Part shown: one piece after another, positions 39,501 to 46,214 of the stretch | Position numbering within the stretch: the first letter of the stretch is position 1 | Layout: every line of letters starts with the position of its first letter | Assembly (NCBI RefSeq): GCF_000485595.1 | Contig: NW_014577064.1 | Span: 567,568 to 628,342 of the forward strand | Length of the DNA stretch: 60,775 nt | Direction: 5' to 3' | DNA from: Priapulus caudatus | Lineage: Eukaryota | The notes under the pieces: model-generated | The model's input: the letters and a program-made list of their open reading frames with translations, nothing else | What the model was told of the DNA's origin: nothing | The model's database searches: none | Position numbers and translations under genes: made by a program

Positions 39501-42500
39501 GCAGGAATGCGATGCGTCGACTGCGGCTATAATTGCCATGAGAAGTGTCAGAGCATGGTCCCTAAGAACTGCACGCGCTACAAGTCCGTCAACGATGGTG
39601 TGTCGTCTGCCAGTCTGCAGGCAGCAGGCTCCGGCTCCGATAACGCATCTATTGTCACATCAGGTGAGACAGGCATGTCGGCATGGCCAGGCCAAACCCT
39701 GAAGTTTCAGGCCACTGTCTGATGACTGGTAAATTCAGTAGGCTGAAAACGCCAGGTTAGGTGAACTAGCTGTGTAGTCATGCTGCTATTGCTCCTCCCC
39801 CCGCCATCTAAAGAAAATCAACCAAGGTATCGTGTTGGCGATGATGCTTCCCATCTTCCCATATAGACGTGACTGATACTATTAAATTTGGTCACCGCAG
39901 TTCTGCGCTTGTTCGTCGCTAACTTTATGGCTCAATCGCATCAAGTGATAAGCTTGTTGAACTCACGTGGAATAGTGGAGTGTATCTACATCGCGTAGAG
40001 ACAGTACAGGCCTCTAATTCACACACGTTGCACTGCTGTGTTGTTTGATGTAGGTGTTGGCACGTTAACGGCGAGTGGACGGACGTACTACGATCAATTC
40101 TCGTCGAACGTGGGTGAGAACAGCACGCACGAGGGGTACCTGTACAAGCGCGGCGCACTACTCAAAGGCTGGAAGATGCGATGGTTTGTGCTGGACAGCA
40201 TCAAACATCAGGTGAGCATGATGCCCGGCATCTTCTTTCGAGGCTACCAGTGTCACTACCAGTGTTTCCCCTGCATTGACACGAGCGAGGCGGGCCACCT
40301 CGCTCAAATTCTCAGCCGCCACACAGAAATTTGTCCAAAACACCGCCTCGCTGACGAAACTTTTGACACCTTGAAAAAGAGATTCAAGAGTCTCATACAA
40401 TGTGCTAAGAATAGCTTAGAATGCCCGAAATTGCACCATTTTTTCAAAAATGTTGCACCGCTTTGCTAGGACCACGAAATGCGCAAACACACCAAAAAAG
40501 ATTACCATCTCACAGATCTTTTTGGCCAGGGGGATACACTAGACTGCCATGAGTCGAAACTAGTCTTTCATTGCTAACTATTAACCGCTAAGCTGGCGGG
40601 AACTATTTTCGTTTGAGCTCTAAAAACTAACTCAGTGAAACTACGCCCTCTAACACCTAACCAGGCTCCCTGTTCAGTCTGTCGAAAAATCAGGTGAGTC
40701 TTTAGGCGAGAGTCCCACTGGGTGGTAGTTTAGTGTTGAGGTTGAGGTGGCGGTGACGAGCTTGTGGAATGACTGTAGATTGAGAGATGGCTGAAAACGT
40801 AGTTCACAGTAAAACAGTTTTGACTCGGTTAGAAAAACACAAACGACTACACAAAAGGACGGTGATCAAATCCCTCTTGTGGCCCAGTTCACCCTTTTTC
40901 GGGCTAACGCTCCATTAGGAGTGTTCCCAACTTTTATATCATTAATGATTGATAATCCTAACCCTAACCCTAACCCTAACCATAACCCTAACCTAAATGA
41001 CATTAAACCACAAACTAATATATGACCATGACCATATAATTAATGGTGACCATGACCATGACCATCATAATAACATATATATATATATGTTATTATGAAC
41101 ATTAATGACATTAAAGTTGGGAACACTCCTAATGGAGTATCACCCCTTTTTCGTACCTCAGCACCTCAGCTCACGTTCGTTCATTCCTAGCTTCAGCCAC
41201 TCTGTTGGCCATTAAGAAGCCAGGAATGGTGTAGGCTTTGTGCGTGCCCAGGCACACCACTACTTGTTGTTAATCACTATTCCGCGACTCATATTACTTG
41301 AATTTACGACTTAGTATGTCACGGAGTCTTGGTATCCATACCAAATCTACTTGCTATGTTTGCCATTATATTTATATGTATCCCTGCACTCGTCCTCACC
41401 ACTCGTGCTGCCTTGCTTGGGTCCTGTTCCCTATATCTTCTTCTTTCATTTTCCCATATAAAATGTAACATCATCGTTTGTATCGAAGGTATTCCCAGTG
41501 TGGTTACGTCACTAATACGGCATCAGCTATCGTTTTCCTCGCTTTACAGGAAGGAAATCGCATGCTAGAACACGCGTTTACGAGTCGTTATTATGTAATT
41601 GCAGTTGCGATATTATGACACCATGGAAGACAGTCACTGTAAGGGCTTCATTGACCTTGCTGAGGTCATATCAGCAAGCCTCGCTCAGGCCGTCGCAGGA
41701 GCACCAAAAAAGGCAAACGACAAGTCTTTCTTTGAGGTAAGAGCTAAGTGTGATGTGGAGGCATTGATCATGTGATGTGGAGGCATTGATTATGGGCTGG
41801 GAGGCATTGATCATGTGGTGGGAGGCATTGATCATGGGCTGAGAGGCATTGATCGTGGGGTGGGAGGCATTGATCATATGGTGGGAGTCACTGATCATGA
41901 GGTGGGAGGCATTGATCATGGGGTGGGAGGCATTGATCCTGGAGTGGGAGGCATTGATCCTGGGGTGGGAGTCACTGATCGTGGGCTGGGAGGCATTGAT
42001 CATGGGGTGGGAGGCATTGATCATGGGGTGGGAGGCATTGATCATGGGGTGGGAGTCGACTGATCGTGGCTGGGAGGCATTGACTATGGTGGAGGAAGAT
42101 TGATTATGAGTGGGAAGGCTTGATCATTGGGGTGGGAGCATTGATCATGTGTGGGAGGCATTGATCAATGTGGTAGAGGCATGATCATGGATGAGAGCGC
42201 AATATGATCATGTGGTAGGAGGCATTGATCATGGATGGGAGCATTGATCATGTGGTGGGAGGCATTGAGAATGGGATGGGAGGCATGATCATGTGGTTGG
42301 AGCATTGATCGTTGGGTGGAGGCATTGATCAGTGGGGTGGGAGGCATTGATCATGGATGGGAAGGCATGTGATCATGTGGTGGGAGGCATTGATGGTGGG
42401 CTGGAGGAGTCATTGATCATGCAAGGTGGGAGGCATTTGATCATGGGCTGGGAAGGCATTGGATCATGGGCTGGAGTCATTTGATCATGTGGTGAGGAGC

Positions 42501-42801
42501 ATGATCATGGCTGGAGCATTGAATCATTGGTAGGACGCATTATTGTGGCTGGAGCATTGATCGTGGGGTAGGAGGGCATTTGATAGTTCGGAGTGTAAGG
42601 CATTTCATTCTGCATTTTGCAAGGCTGTCTCTCATAAAAACTAGAGTTATGTAGCTTGCAATTTGCTGCGCAGCGCGCTAATACATTTGCTCACCATAAT
42701 ATTTTCAGGTGAAGACGAAGAGACGCGACTACAGCTTTGTCGCACATGATCAGCATTCGCACAAGAGTGGATTGACAAGATTCAGGCGTGCATAACAGTA
42801 A
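3820..42801 (+). CDS. SBF2: Multi-exon gene span (5'-partial): myotubularin-related protein 13/5 ortholog (Sbf; SET-binding factor), pseudophosphatase with PH-GRAM, inactive PTP, C1 and PH domains
   Basis: Manually spliced exons give peptides I recognise from SBF1/SBF2: [119 protein letters not shown] boundaries, phases mostly consistent. Confidence 0.95.
4580..4745. repeat. 48-bp minisatellite (~3.4 units) upstream of an exon
   Basis: TGTTTGTCACCATGTAGATACCGATGTCAGCAGGTGACACCAGTAACA repeated. 16-aa period in the ORF track. Confidence 0.85.
4793..4986 (+). CDS. SBF2: Sbf exon [42 protein letters not shown]...
   Basis: catag| ... |gtgaga. 194 nt, phase 0/2. Conserved EESTVxSQAIHxAN motif. 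Confidence 0.9.
5900..6470. repeat. 44-bp minisatellite (GTCAGTTATCACCCGCTATAGCAAGCGCATGTTATCACACATGT)n
   Basis: Tandem units. Reverse-complement units lie at ~8783-8848, right before the exon at 8856. Confidence 0.9.
6480..6800. repeat. 30-bp minisatellite (GTGTTCACTCAGTGTAGCAAGGGCATGTTA)n
   Basis: About 10 units. Reverse complement of 3612-3684. Confidence 0.85.
6480..8780 (-). repeat. Indel-rich inverted duplicate of intron sequence ~1686-3684
   Basis: Colinear reverse-complement match, e.g. 8701-8780 vs 1686-1762 and 6800-6900 vs 3510-3612. Confidence 0.9.
8856..9019 (+). CDS. SBF2: Sbf exon (S)[54 protein letters not shown]
   Basis: tttcag| ... |gtaggc. 164 nt, phase 2/1. Strong SBF similarity. 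Confidence 0.93.
9950..10023 (+). CDS. SBF2: Sbf exon (G)[24 protein letters not shown]
   Basis: tcgcag| ... |gtaaga. 74 nt, phase 1/0. Confidence 0.93.
10236..10428 (+). CDS. SBF2: Sbf exon, PH-GRAM start [15 protein letters not shown]...[25 protein letters not shown]
   Basis: ttgcag| ... |gttagt. 193 nt, phase 0/1. Confidence 0.93.
10641..10774 (+). CDS. SBF2: Sbf exon, PH-GRAM (A)[20 protein letters not shown]...[11 protein letters not shown]
   Basis: aacag| ... |gtatgt. 134 nt, phase 1/0. Confidence 0.93.
11504..11676 (+). CDS. SBF2: Sbf exon [24 protein letters not shown]...KNATL
   Basis: ttatag| ... |gtaagt. 173 nt, phase 0/2. Confidence 0.92.
11768..11983. mobile_element. Short non-autonomous DNA transposon (MITE), hAT-like termini
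   Basis: Perfect 13-bp terminal inverted repeats CAGAGATGCCAAC / GTTGGCATCTCTG. No clear TSD. Confidence 0.65.
12451..12656 (+). CDS. SBF2: Sbf exon (K)[32 protein letters not shown]...FEDELS
   Basis: tcgcag| ... |gtgagc. 206 nt, phase 2/1. Basic linker resembles the SBF KTIVKGAKRAG region. Confidence 0.85.
12878..13332. mobile_element. MITE, PIF/Harbinger-like
   Basis: ~27-bp TIRs AGCCCGGCGCACATTGCCGAACATTTT / AAAATGTTCGGCAATGTGCGCCAGGCT (1 mismatch), flanked on both sides by TTA. Internal repeats of AATGTTCGGCAATGTGC. Confidence 0.8.
13522..13912. mobile_element. MITE with CAGGG termini (hAT-like)
   Basis: CAGGGGTAGAAATTAAC ... GTTAATTTTGCACCCTG imperfect TIRs. Repeated subterminal AGGGAGTCCG motifs. 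Confidence 0.6.
13999..14103 (+). CDS. SBF2: Sbf exon (V)[34 protein letters not shown]
   Basis: tttcag| ... |gtaaga. 105 nt, phase 1/1. Matches SBF TMEQLVEKACFRDYQRLG. Confidence 0.9.
16095..17600. repeat. G-rich compound minisatellite (core 24-bp GGTGTGGGGTGAAGCGTATGCCAT plus longer variants)
   Basis: Tandem units. A cleaner copy is at 23903-24410 and an inverted noisy copy at ~31000-32500. Confidence 0.9.
17841..18046 (+). CDS. SBF2: Indel-corrupted copy of the Sbf exon GLGTIGS...HRHN in the correct gene order
   Basis: Same acceptor (actttcag) and donor (gtaatcag) as the clean copy at 24644-24815, but 206 nt instead of 172 nt, with frameshifts. Confidence 0.65.
19087..19211 (+). CDS. SBF2: Sbf exon (R)..[32 protein letters not shown] (5' part error-prone)
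   Basis: ttgcag| ... |gtgaaa. Matches SBF RLPVVCWK..LLLRSGGFH. The inverted copy reads [18 protein letters not shown]. Confidence 0.8.
19670..19789 (+). CDS. SBF2: Sbf exon ...[22 protein letters not shown] (5' part error-prone)
   Basis: ttacag| ... |gtgtgt. Matches SBF EQEKYLQA. Confidence 0.75.
20004..20340. repeat. Degenerate tandem repeat (GAGACAATTACACTAT-like)
   Basis: Recurring gagaca/caatta/cactat motifs immediately after an N gap. Confidence 0.6.
20520..21130. repeat. Degenerate short-period repeat (ATACTCGCTGTATC / GTAGTCGCTGTATC)
   Basis: Dozens of CGCTGTATC cores. Confidence 0.75.
21300..21517. repeat. (GTGC)n/(GT)n microsatellite
   Basis: Direct reading of the sequence. Confidence 0.95.
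21915..22282 (+). mobile_element. hAT transposon remnant: C-terminal dimerisation-domain fragment plus right end
   Basis: Peptide [32 protein letters not shown] matches the hAT/ZBED1-type motif [20 protein letters not shown]. Ends in CGTTACACATCTA, resembling a TAGGGATGTAACG-type TIR. Confidence 0.8.
22360..22565. mobile_element. Degenerate Tc1/mariner-type MITE
   Basis: TA|CAGTTCAACTTGT ... ACAGGTTTAACTG imperfect TIRs. Internal TATAGAGAC/TAAAGGACAC repeats. Confidence 0.5.
22832..23002 (+). CDS. SBF2: Sbf exon (G)[20 protein letters not shown]...[17 protein letters not shown] (Ser-rich insert in the phosphatase domain)
   Basis: tgacag| ... |gtaagc. 171 nt, phase 1/1, open frame, coding-like GC content. 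Confidence 0.8.
23311..23445 (+). CDS. SBF2: Sbf exon (S)[21 protein letters not shown]...INEPPP
   Basis: cttcag| ... |gtgaga. 135 nt, phase 1/1. GKWTSLK resembles SBF G(K/V)W(G/A)S(V/L)R. Confidence 0.82.
23490..23559. mobile_element. Left end of a palindromic MITE (TAA|AGCCCGTCGCACACGTGAG...), truncated by a gap; whole element seen inverted at ~26205-26590
   Basis: Internal palindrome TCGCACACGTGAGTAA...TTACTCACGTGTGCGA. Both ends are visible in the inverted copy. Confidence 0.6.
23903..24410. repeat. Clean copy of the 24-bp G-rich minisatellite
   Basis: (GGTGTGGGGTGAAGCGTATGTCAT)n. 8-aa period WGEAYVMV in the ORF track. Confidence 0.9.
24644..24815 (+). CDS. SBF2: Sbf exon (G)[56 protein letters not shown] (clean copy, out of order)
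   Basis: tttcag| ... |gtaatc. 172 nt, phase 1/2. Fits between exons 13999-14103 and 19087-19211. Myotubularin FRI..N..Y.CRTYP motif. Confidence 0.9.
25559..33335 (-). repeat. ~7.8 kb inverted segment; 26560-33335 is an error-rich reverse-complement copy of ~15250-23520
   Basis: Colinear inverted copies of exons (30573-30740, ~29490-29597, ~28965-29080, ~27043-27220, ~26625-26775), the hAT remnant and the minisatellite. The end at ~33310-33335 matches 15246-15272. Confidence 0.92.
25873..26139 (-). CDS. SBF2: Sbf exon ...[53 protein letters not shown]...EECEWLKQ, present only in inverted orientation
   Basis: Minus-strand ctcccag| ... |gtaatt. Matches [33 protein letters not shown]. One probable indel near the 5' end. 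Belongs between the exons ending 23445 and starting 33474. Confidence 0.9.
33474..33578 (+). CDS. SBF2: Sbf exon [35 protein letters not shown] (degenerate PTP active-site loop)
   Basis: tttag| ... |gttcgt. 105 nt, phase 0/0. Diagnostic LEDGWDIT motif. Confidence 0.95.
33993..34178 (+). CDS. SBF2: Sbf exon [34 protein letters not shown]...[14 protein letters not shown]
   Basis: tttcag| ... |gtatgc. 186 nt. Canonical myotubularin motifs. Confidence 0.96.
34536..34755 (+). CDS. SBF2: Sbf exon [43 protein letters not shown]...QAAQ
   Basis: cacag| ... |gtaagc. 220 nt, phase 0/1. Confidence 0.95.
36981..37069 (+). CDS. SBF2: Sbf exon (D)[29 protein letters not shown]
   Basis: caacag| ... |gtaagt. 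89 nt, phase 1/0. Matches SBF WECIDRMHKRSPIFFNYLY. Confidence 0.92.
37190..37495. mobile_element. MITE with ~40-bp imperfect TIRs (Harbinger-like GCC/GGCC ends)
   Basis: GCCATAATAAAAATATTGTTTGTTTGCCCTCACATGACC vs GGTCAAGTGAGGGCAAACAAAGATTTTTTTAATTGTGGC. Confidence 0.65.
37705..37710 (+). CDS. SBF2: Candidate 6-nt microexon (GAG TCG = Glu-Ser)
   Basis: Pyrimidine tract tctttttccttctacgctgttaag|GAGTCG|gtaagt. Lies in a phase-0 intron, so the frame is preserved. Confidence 0.45.
38092..38328 (+). CDS. SBF2: Sbf exon [32 protein letters not shown]...PDAFTLLLE
   Basis: caacag| ... |gtgcgt. 237 nt, phase 0/0. Confidence 0.93.
38607..38699 (+). CDS. SBF2: Sbf exon [31 protein letters not shown] (coiled-coil region)
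   Basis: ctgcag| ... |gtacac. 93 nt. Matches SBF1 RLETELG...RWK.TWD. Confidence 0.9.
38859..39063 (+). CDS. SBF2: Sbf exon [29 protein letters not shown]...[27 protein letters not shown] (C1 domain, N-half)
   Basis: ttacag| ... |gtatag. 205 nt, phase 0/1. Confidence 0.92.
39505..39663 (+). CDS. SBF2: Sbf exon (G)[26 protein letters not shown]...IVTS (C1 domain, C-half)
   Basis: ttgcag| ... |gtgaga. 159 nt, phase 1/1. Completes the C1 Cys/His pattern. Confidence 0.92.
40054..40211 (+). CDS. SBF2: Sbf exon, PH domain start ...[32 protein letters not shown]
   Basis: atgtag| ... |gtgagc. 158 nt, phase 1/0. Confidence 0.96.
40901..41145. mobile_element. Short inverted-repeat element with internal (CCCTAA)n, flanked by a direct repeat
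   Basis: Perfect 25-bp IR CTCCATTAGGAGTGTTCCCAACTTT (40910-40934 / 41113-41137). CTTTTTC on both flanks (7-9 bp TSD-like). Confidence 0.75.
41605..41736 (+). CDS. SBF2: Sbf exon, PH domain [21 protein letters not shown]...[13 protein letters not shown]
   Basis: ttgcag| ... |gtaaga. 132 nt, phase 0/0. Confidence 0.95.
41748..42590. repeat. 21-bp minisatellite (GGGAGGCATTGATCATGGGGT)n
   Basis: About 40 units. 7-aa period (GVGGIDH / MINASHP) in the ORF track. Confidence 0.93.
42709..42801 (+). CDS. SBF2: Sbf terminal coding exon [17 protein letters not shown](A)[11 protein letters not shown].. (contains apparent indel errors)
   Basis: ttttcag|GTG AAG ACG. Matches the SBF C-terminus KTSKRVYNFCAQD..AQQWMDKIQSCI. 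A frameshift near 42758 is needed and the exact stop is uncertain. Confidence 0.85.
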
Positions 42802-42949
42802 TTACGACAACGTGCGACCCACGCAAGCGTGCAGCATCACGAGGCACTGCTGCGAAAATGGTCGAGGCAACCGAGAGGTGCTGAACCAAGAAACATGTTC
42901 TGAGCAGATGCAGGGCCGTCAGCAGCGACGTCCTTGGCAGATGCAATAC

Positions 42950-43175
42950 CACCGTGACCATAGTCATCTGCAGGTGAGCGCCGACCTGATGTCACTGGCA
43001 GGTGCAGCCGTCACCGTGATGTCACTGGCAGGTGGATGGGCGTACACCGGTGATTGTCAGCTGCAGGTGCAGCCATCACCGTGATGTCCACTGCAGGTGC
43101 AGGCAGATCGCGTCACCATGATGTCACTGCTATGCAGATGCCAACCACCATCCCGCAGCAGTGATGTCACTGCAG
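42950..43175. repeat. ~29-30-bp degenerate tandem repeat (CTGCAGGTGCAGCCGTCACCGTGATGTCA)
   Basis: About 7 imperfect units downstream of the stop. Confidence 0.75.
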
Positions 43176-43279
43176 GGCGGGAGAACGGGTCGTGCTGGTG
43201 CTGCTGGACGTGCTGATGCTGCTGGACGTTCATGCTCGCGTGCGAGTGCGGCGCGAGAGAGCGATCTTACAGGAGAGCG

Positions 43280-43420
43280 CTTTAGGAAACCCATGATTAG
43301 TGGCCCCCACGATTCTCTCCCGGGCTTAGAACGCCATGGTAGTGCCCCCACGATTCTCTCCCGGGGCTTTATGGAAACCCATGTAGTGCGCCCCACGATT
43401 CTCTCCTCTGGCTTTGTAGG
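43280..43420. repeat. ~44-bp tandem repeat (CTTTAGGAAACCCATGGTAGTGGCCCCCACGATTCTCTCCCGGG), 3 units
   Basis: Direct reading. Recurs at 58117-58185. Confidence 0.75.
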
Positions 43421-46214
43421 AATTTTTTAATTGTAGCTATTCGTAGGGCTAACATGTGATCGAGCTTGTGAAGTGGTGTTGACCTGCGCTGCTCTGGCTC
43501 CATGTAGTTACTTACATGCAGACACGTGACTGTGCCGTGTTGTTTTGACGAATGGCTAGACTAATACATGATGCTCTGGTTGAGCGGTCAATGCGCCCCT
43601 GCGTCGCGTCACTAGTCTAAACGATGCTGTTTGCTAAAAGATCATTCTTATACGCAATCCTGCATAGTGTAGAAAGTGCAAAACACCAAGCATCACTCCT
43701 AGTGCGGAGGCAGTGGTGTCCGAGGGAGGGGCGACAAGAAGAGAGTGTGTTTGAGAGAGGGTGAAAGTGAAGCGAGAGGACGAGAGACTATTCCATAACG
43801 TGTATGGGGTGGTGGATTTTTGTCGTACACATTGTATTGTGGTGTACATATACACTAGGCAAATCGCGGTATGTAGAGGTTTCGCGATAATGGTAAGACT
43901 ATGTCGCGATGGTTTTGGGGAGTTTTAGGCGTAGTCTTGGAAAGATCGTAATCCAGCGCGGCTGATACTAGCTGCGAAGTCGTTTTTCTGGTACAAAAGC
44001 GGAAGGGGGAGGATGGGACTAGTCACGTGGTGCCGCCAAGGACCCAGGTTCAAGTCACTGATCGGCTCTTGCCTATTATAGTTCATTGAGTGCATGTCTT
44101 TCATCCAACTGTACATATAGGTCCGTTGTCTGCAGTTACCGTGGTTACGAGTAAGATATGAAGCCGAAAAGAAAATTGGTTGTCCGCGAAAAATCATAGT
44201 ACACATGTTGTGTTCTGTACACAATGATAGCAATTTTACAATTATAAATCGATTCCAGCTGCCTTTAATATTGGTACATCGTGACATTATTGTGCATGCT
44301 GGTATTTTGCTCCCCGGGGGCGACTGCACTGCGGCCCCTACCATTAAAAACATACATAAGGTTTACACGTATGTTTACGGCATTTCATGAATCTATTTCA
44401 AAGCGAGGAAGTAGAGTGCTATTAGTTATAGCCGTGACGTGTTGTTAGCAAGGTGACGAATGTCTTGGGCAGTTGGCAAGCAAACGTGTACATTTATGGA
44501 GGAGTAATTATAGCGTCGCTAAAGGGTTGGCACTGTCACACATCACCAGACAGGCAGGTGGCACGGGGATGCAATTATACGGGGCGAGGGTGTGGCTGCG
44601 GGGAGGTGGCAGCGTAGCGCTGTACACCGTTCCGGGTGCAGTGCATCAAGAGTAATATCAAAGTTATAAAATACTCTCGTATTATAAGCTCTGTGACGGT
44701 GCATCTCGTCGGCGCCCGGGTTTCATGACCATTGACAATTGACCTTGACCTTGACCGTGACGCAGGTATGTGTGACACTTCGCGCCTTTTTCTGACGCGG
44801 TCGCGCGCAAAGCGCCACGAAATCTTAGCGCCAGCGATTGATATATTACAGGGAGACGAAAATGCTTTATTGTTTCGGTGGGTATTGCGCAATACAATGG
44901 CGATGTCCATCGTGACATCAGTTATGTAGCTGTTAATCACGCGCTAATCACGGCTGTCACAATGTTCGTGCGAATAGCCGCACGCCTCTAACTACCTACT
45001 TCATTGTGAACTTTTGCTGTGACGTCGTCGAATCTGCTGTTAACTGCTGAGCAGGCGTCGCGCACCGCCAGTGTTCGCATCGGCTCTTCGAACAGCGGCC
45101 TTTATAGTTGGTATGGCGGTATCATGGTGATCATTAGGTGAGCTTTCAGATCTGTAACATTATTCGTAGTGTAGGCAAGGCTAGTAGCCGAGAGTGCGAA
45201 GGGTCGGCCCGGGTTATCTGCTATTAGTGCACGAGCGTGTAAAGTTAGTAGACAGTAGCTTATATAGCATCAGTCAACACAGGCGGGTCTGGGTGAGGTG
45301 CAGGGAAGAAAGGAGGAGGTTGGAATTTCTTCGGTCGTTGTTATAGCTTACTAGTTGCGGGAAACGGGTGTAGTTGCCGCTGCTCTTTGTGATGCCCTCC
45401 CCGCCCTCCCCGTGCGCAATTTTCGTTTGGTAATGTTTATTTATTATTTATTTAGCGCCTTACTAGTTTGTTAGACCCCCGGACGGACGGGTAGCGTTTC
45501 GCCTTCATTGCTGACAGTTACCGGTATATAAGCATATCAGGGCTTAGTAGCCCCGACGAGCTGCAGACGTCTCTCTCTCCTGCCTTTCTCCACACATGCA
45601 CCTGGCACTTCTTCACGTGCAAATGCTCAGACGCAACACAAACTCCTGCACACTTACAGCCGAACGTTAAAATCACGTGGTCGACATCACTGGGTCGGCA
45701 GTGATGACAAAATACGAGAAGGCCCTTGCTGTAGTTTTGGACTGCGCTATTTCCTTTACTACGTTGCCTACTTTATAGAATCGAGTGTCATTGCAAGTTC
45801 GAGGGGGATCCCCTCGCCGCATCTAGACCGTCTGCGAGAATCGGAATGACGAGGTATATCTGCGTATCTGTTTATGCTCTATAAAGCACGGTACTGCGTG
45901 CGGGATTGCAATAATGCTCTTTTGTAACGTGGCTTGCTCGTTTGGTATAGGACTAGTATAATCTCGCTAGGACAACCGGTGTTTCTTGAGAAATAATACC
46001 ATGAAATTTAGCCATAAGCCGTGAAAGGTATATATAAACTAATAAATCAATAAATATAAGTATATATAATATATATATATATACACTCTCGTGAATGTTT
46101 GTGTTTCATCGTATTATGCGCGAGGTTTGTGTGGTGACCGTTTTGCTTTCGCATTTATTCTTTCTAGACAAGGAATTGCGCGGCCGTGCTGTCAGGGTTT
46201 GATGGCGGGCTATC

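Noticed and set aside
40966..40995. Telomere or chromosome end
   Set aside because: Only ~4 hexamers, internal to an IR element within an intron.
46041..46054. AATAAA polyadenylation signals for Sbf
   Set aside because: Within an AT-rich microsatellite-like tract that differs between copies. Cannot be supported without transcript data.
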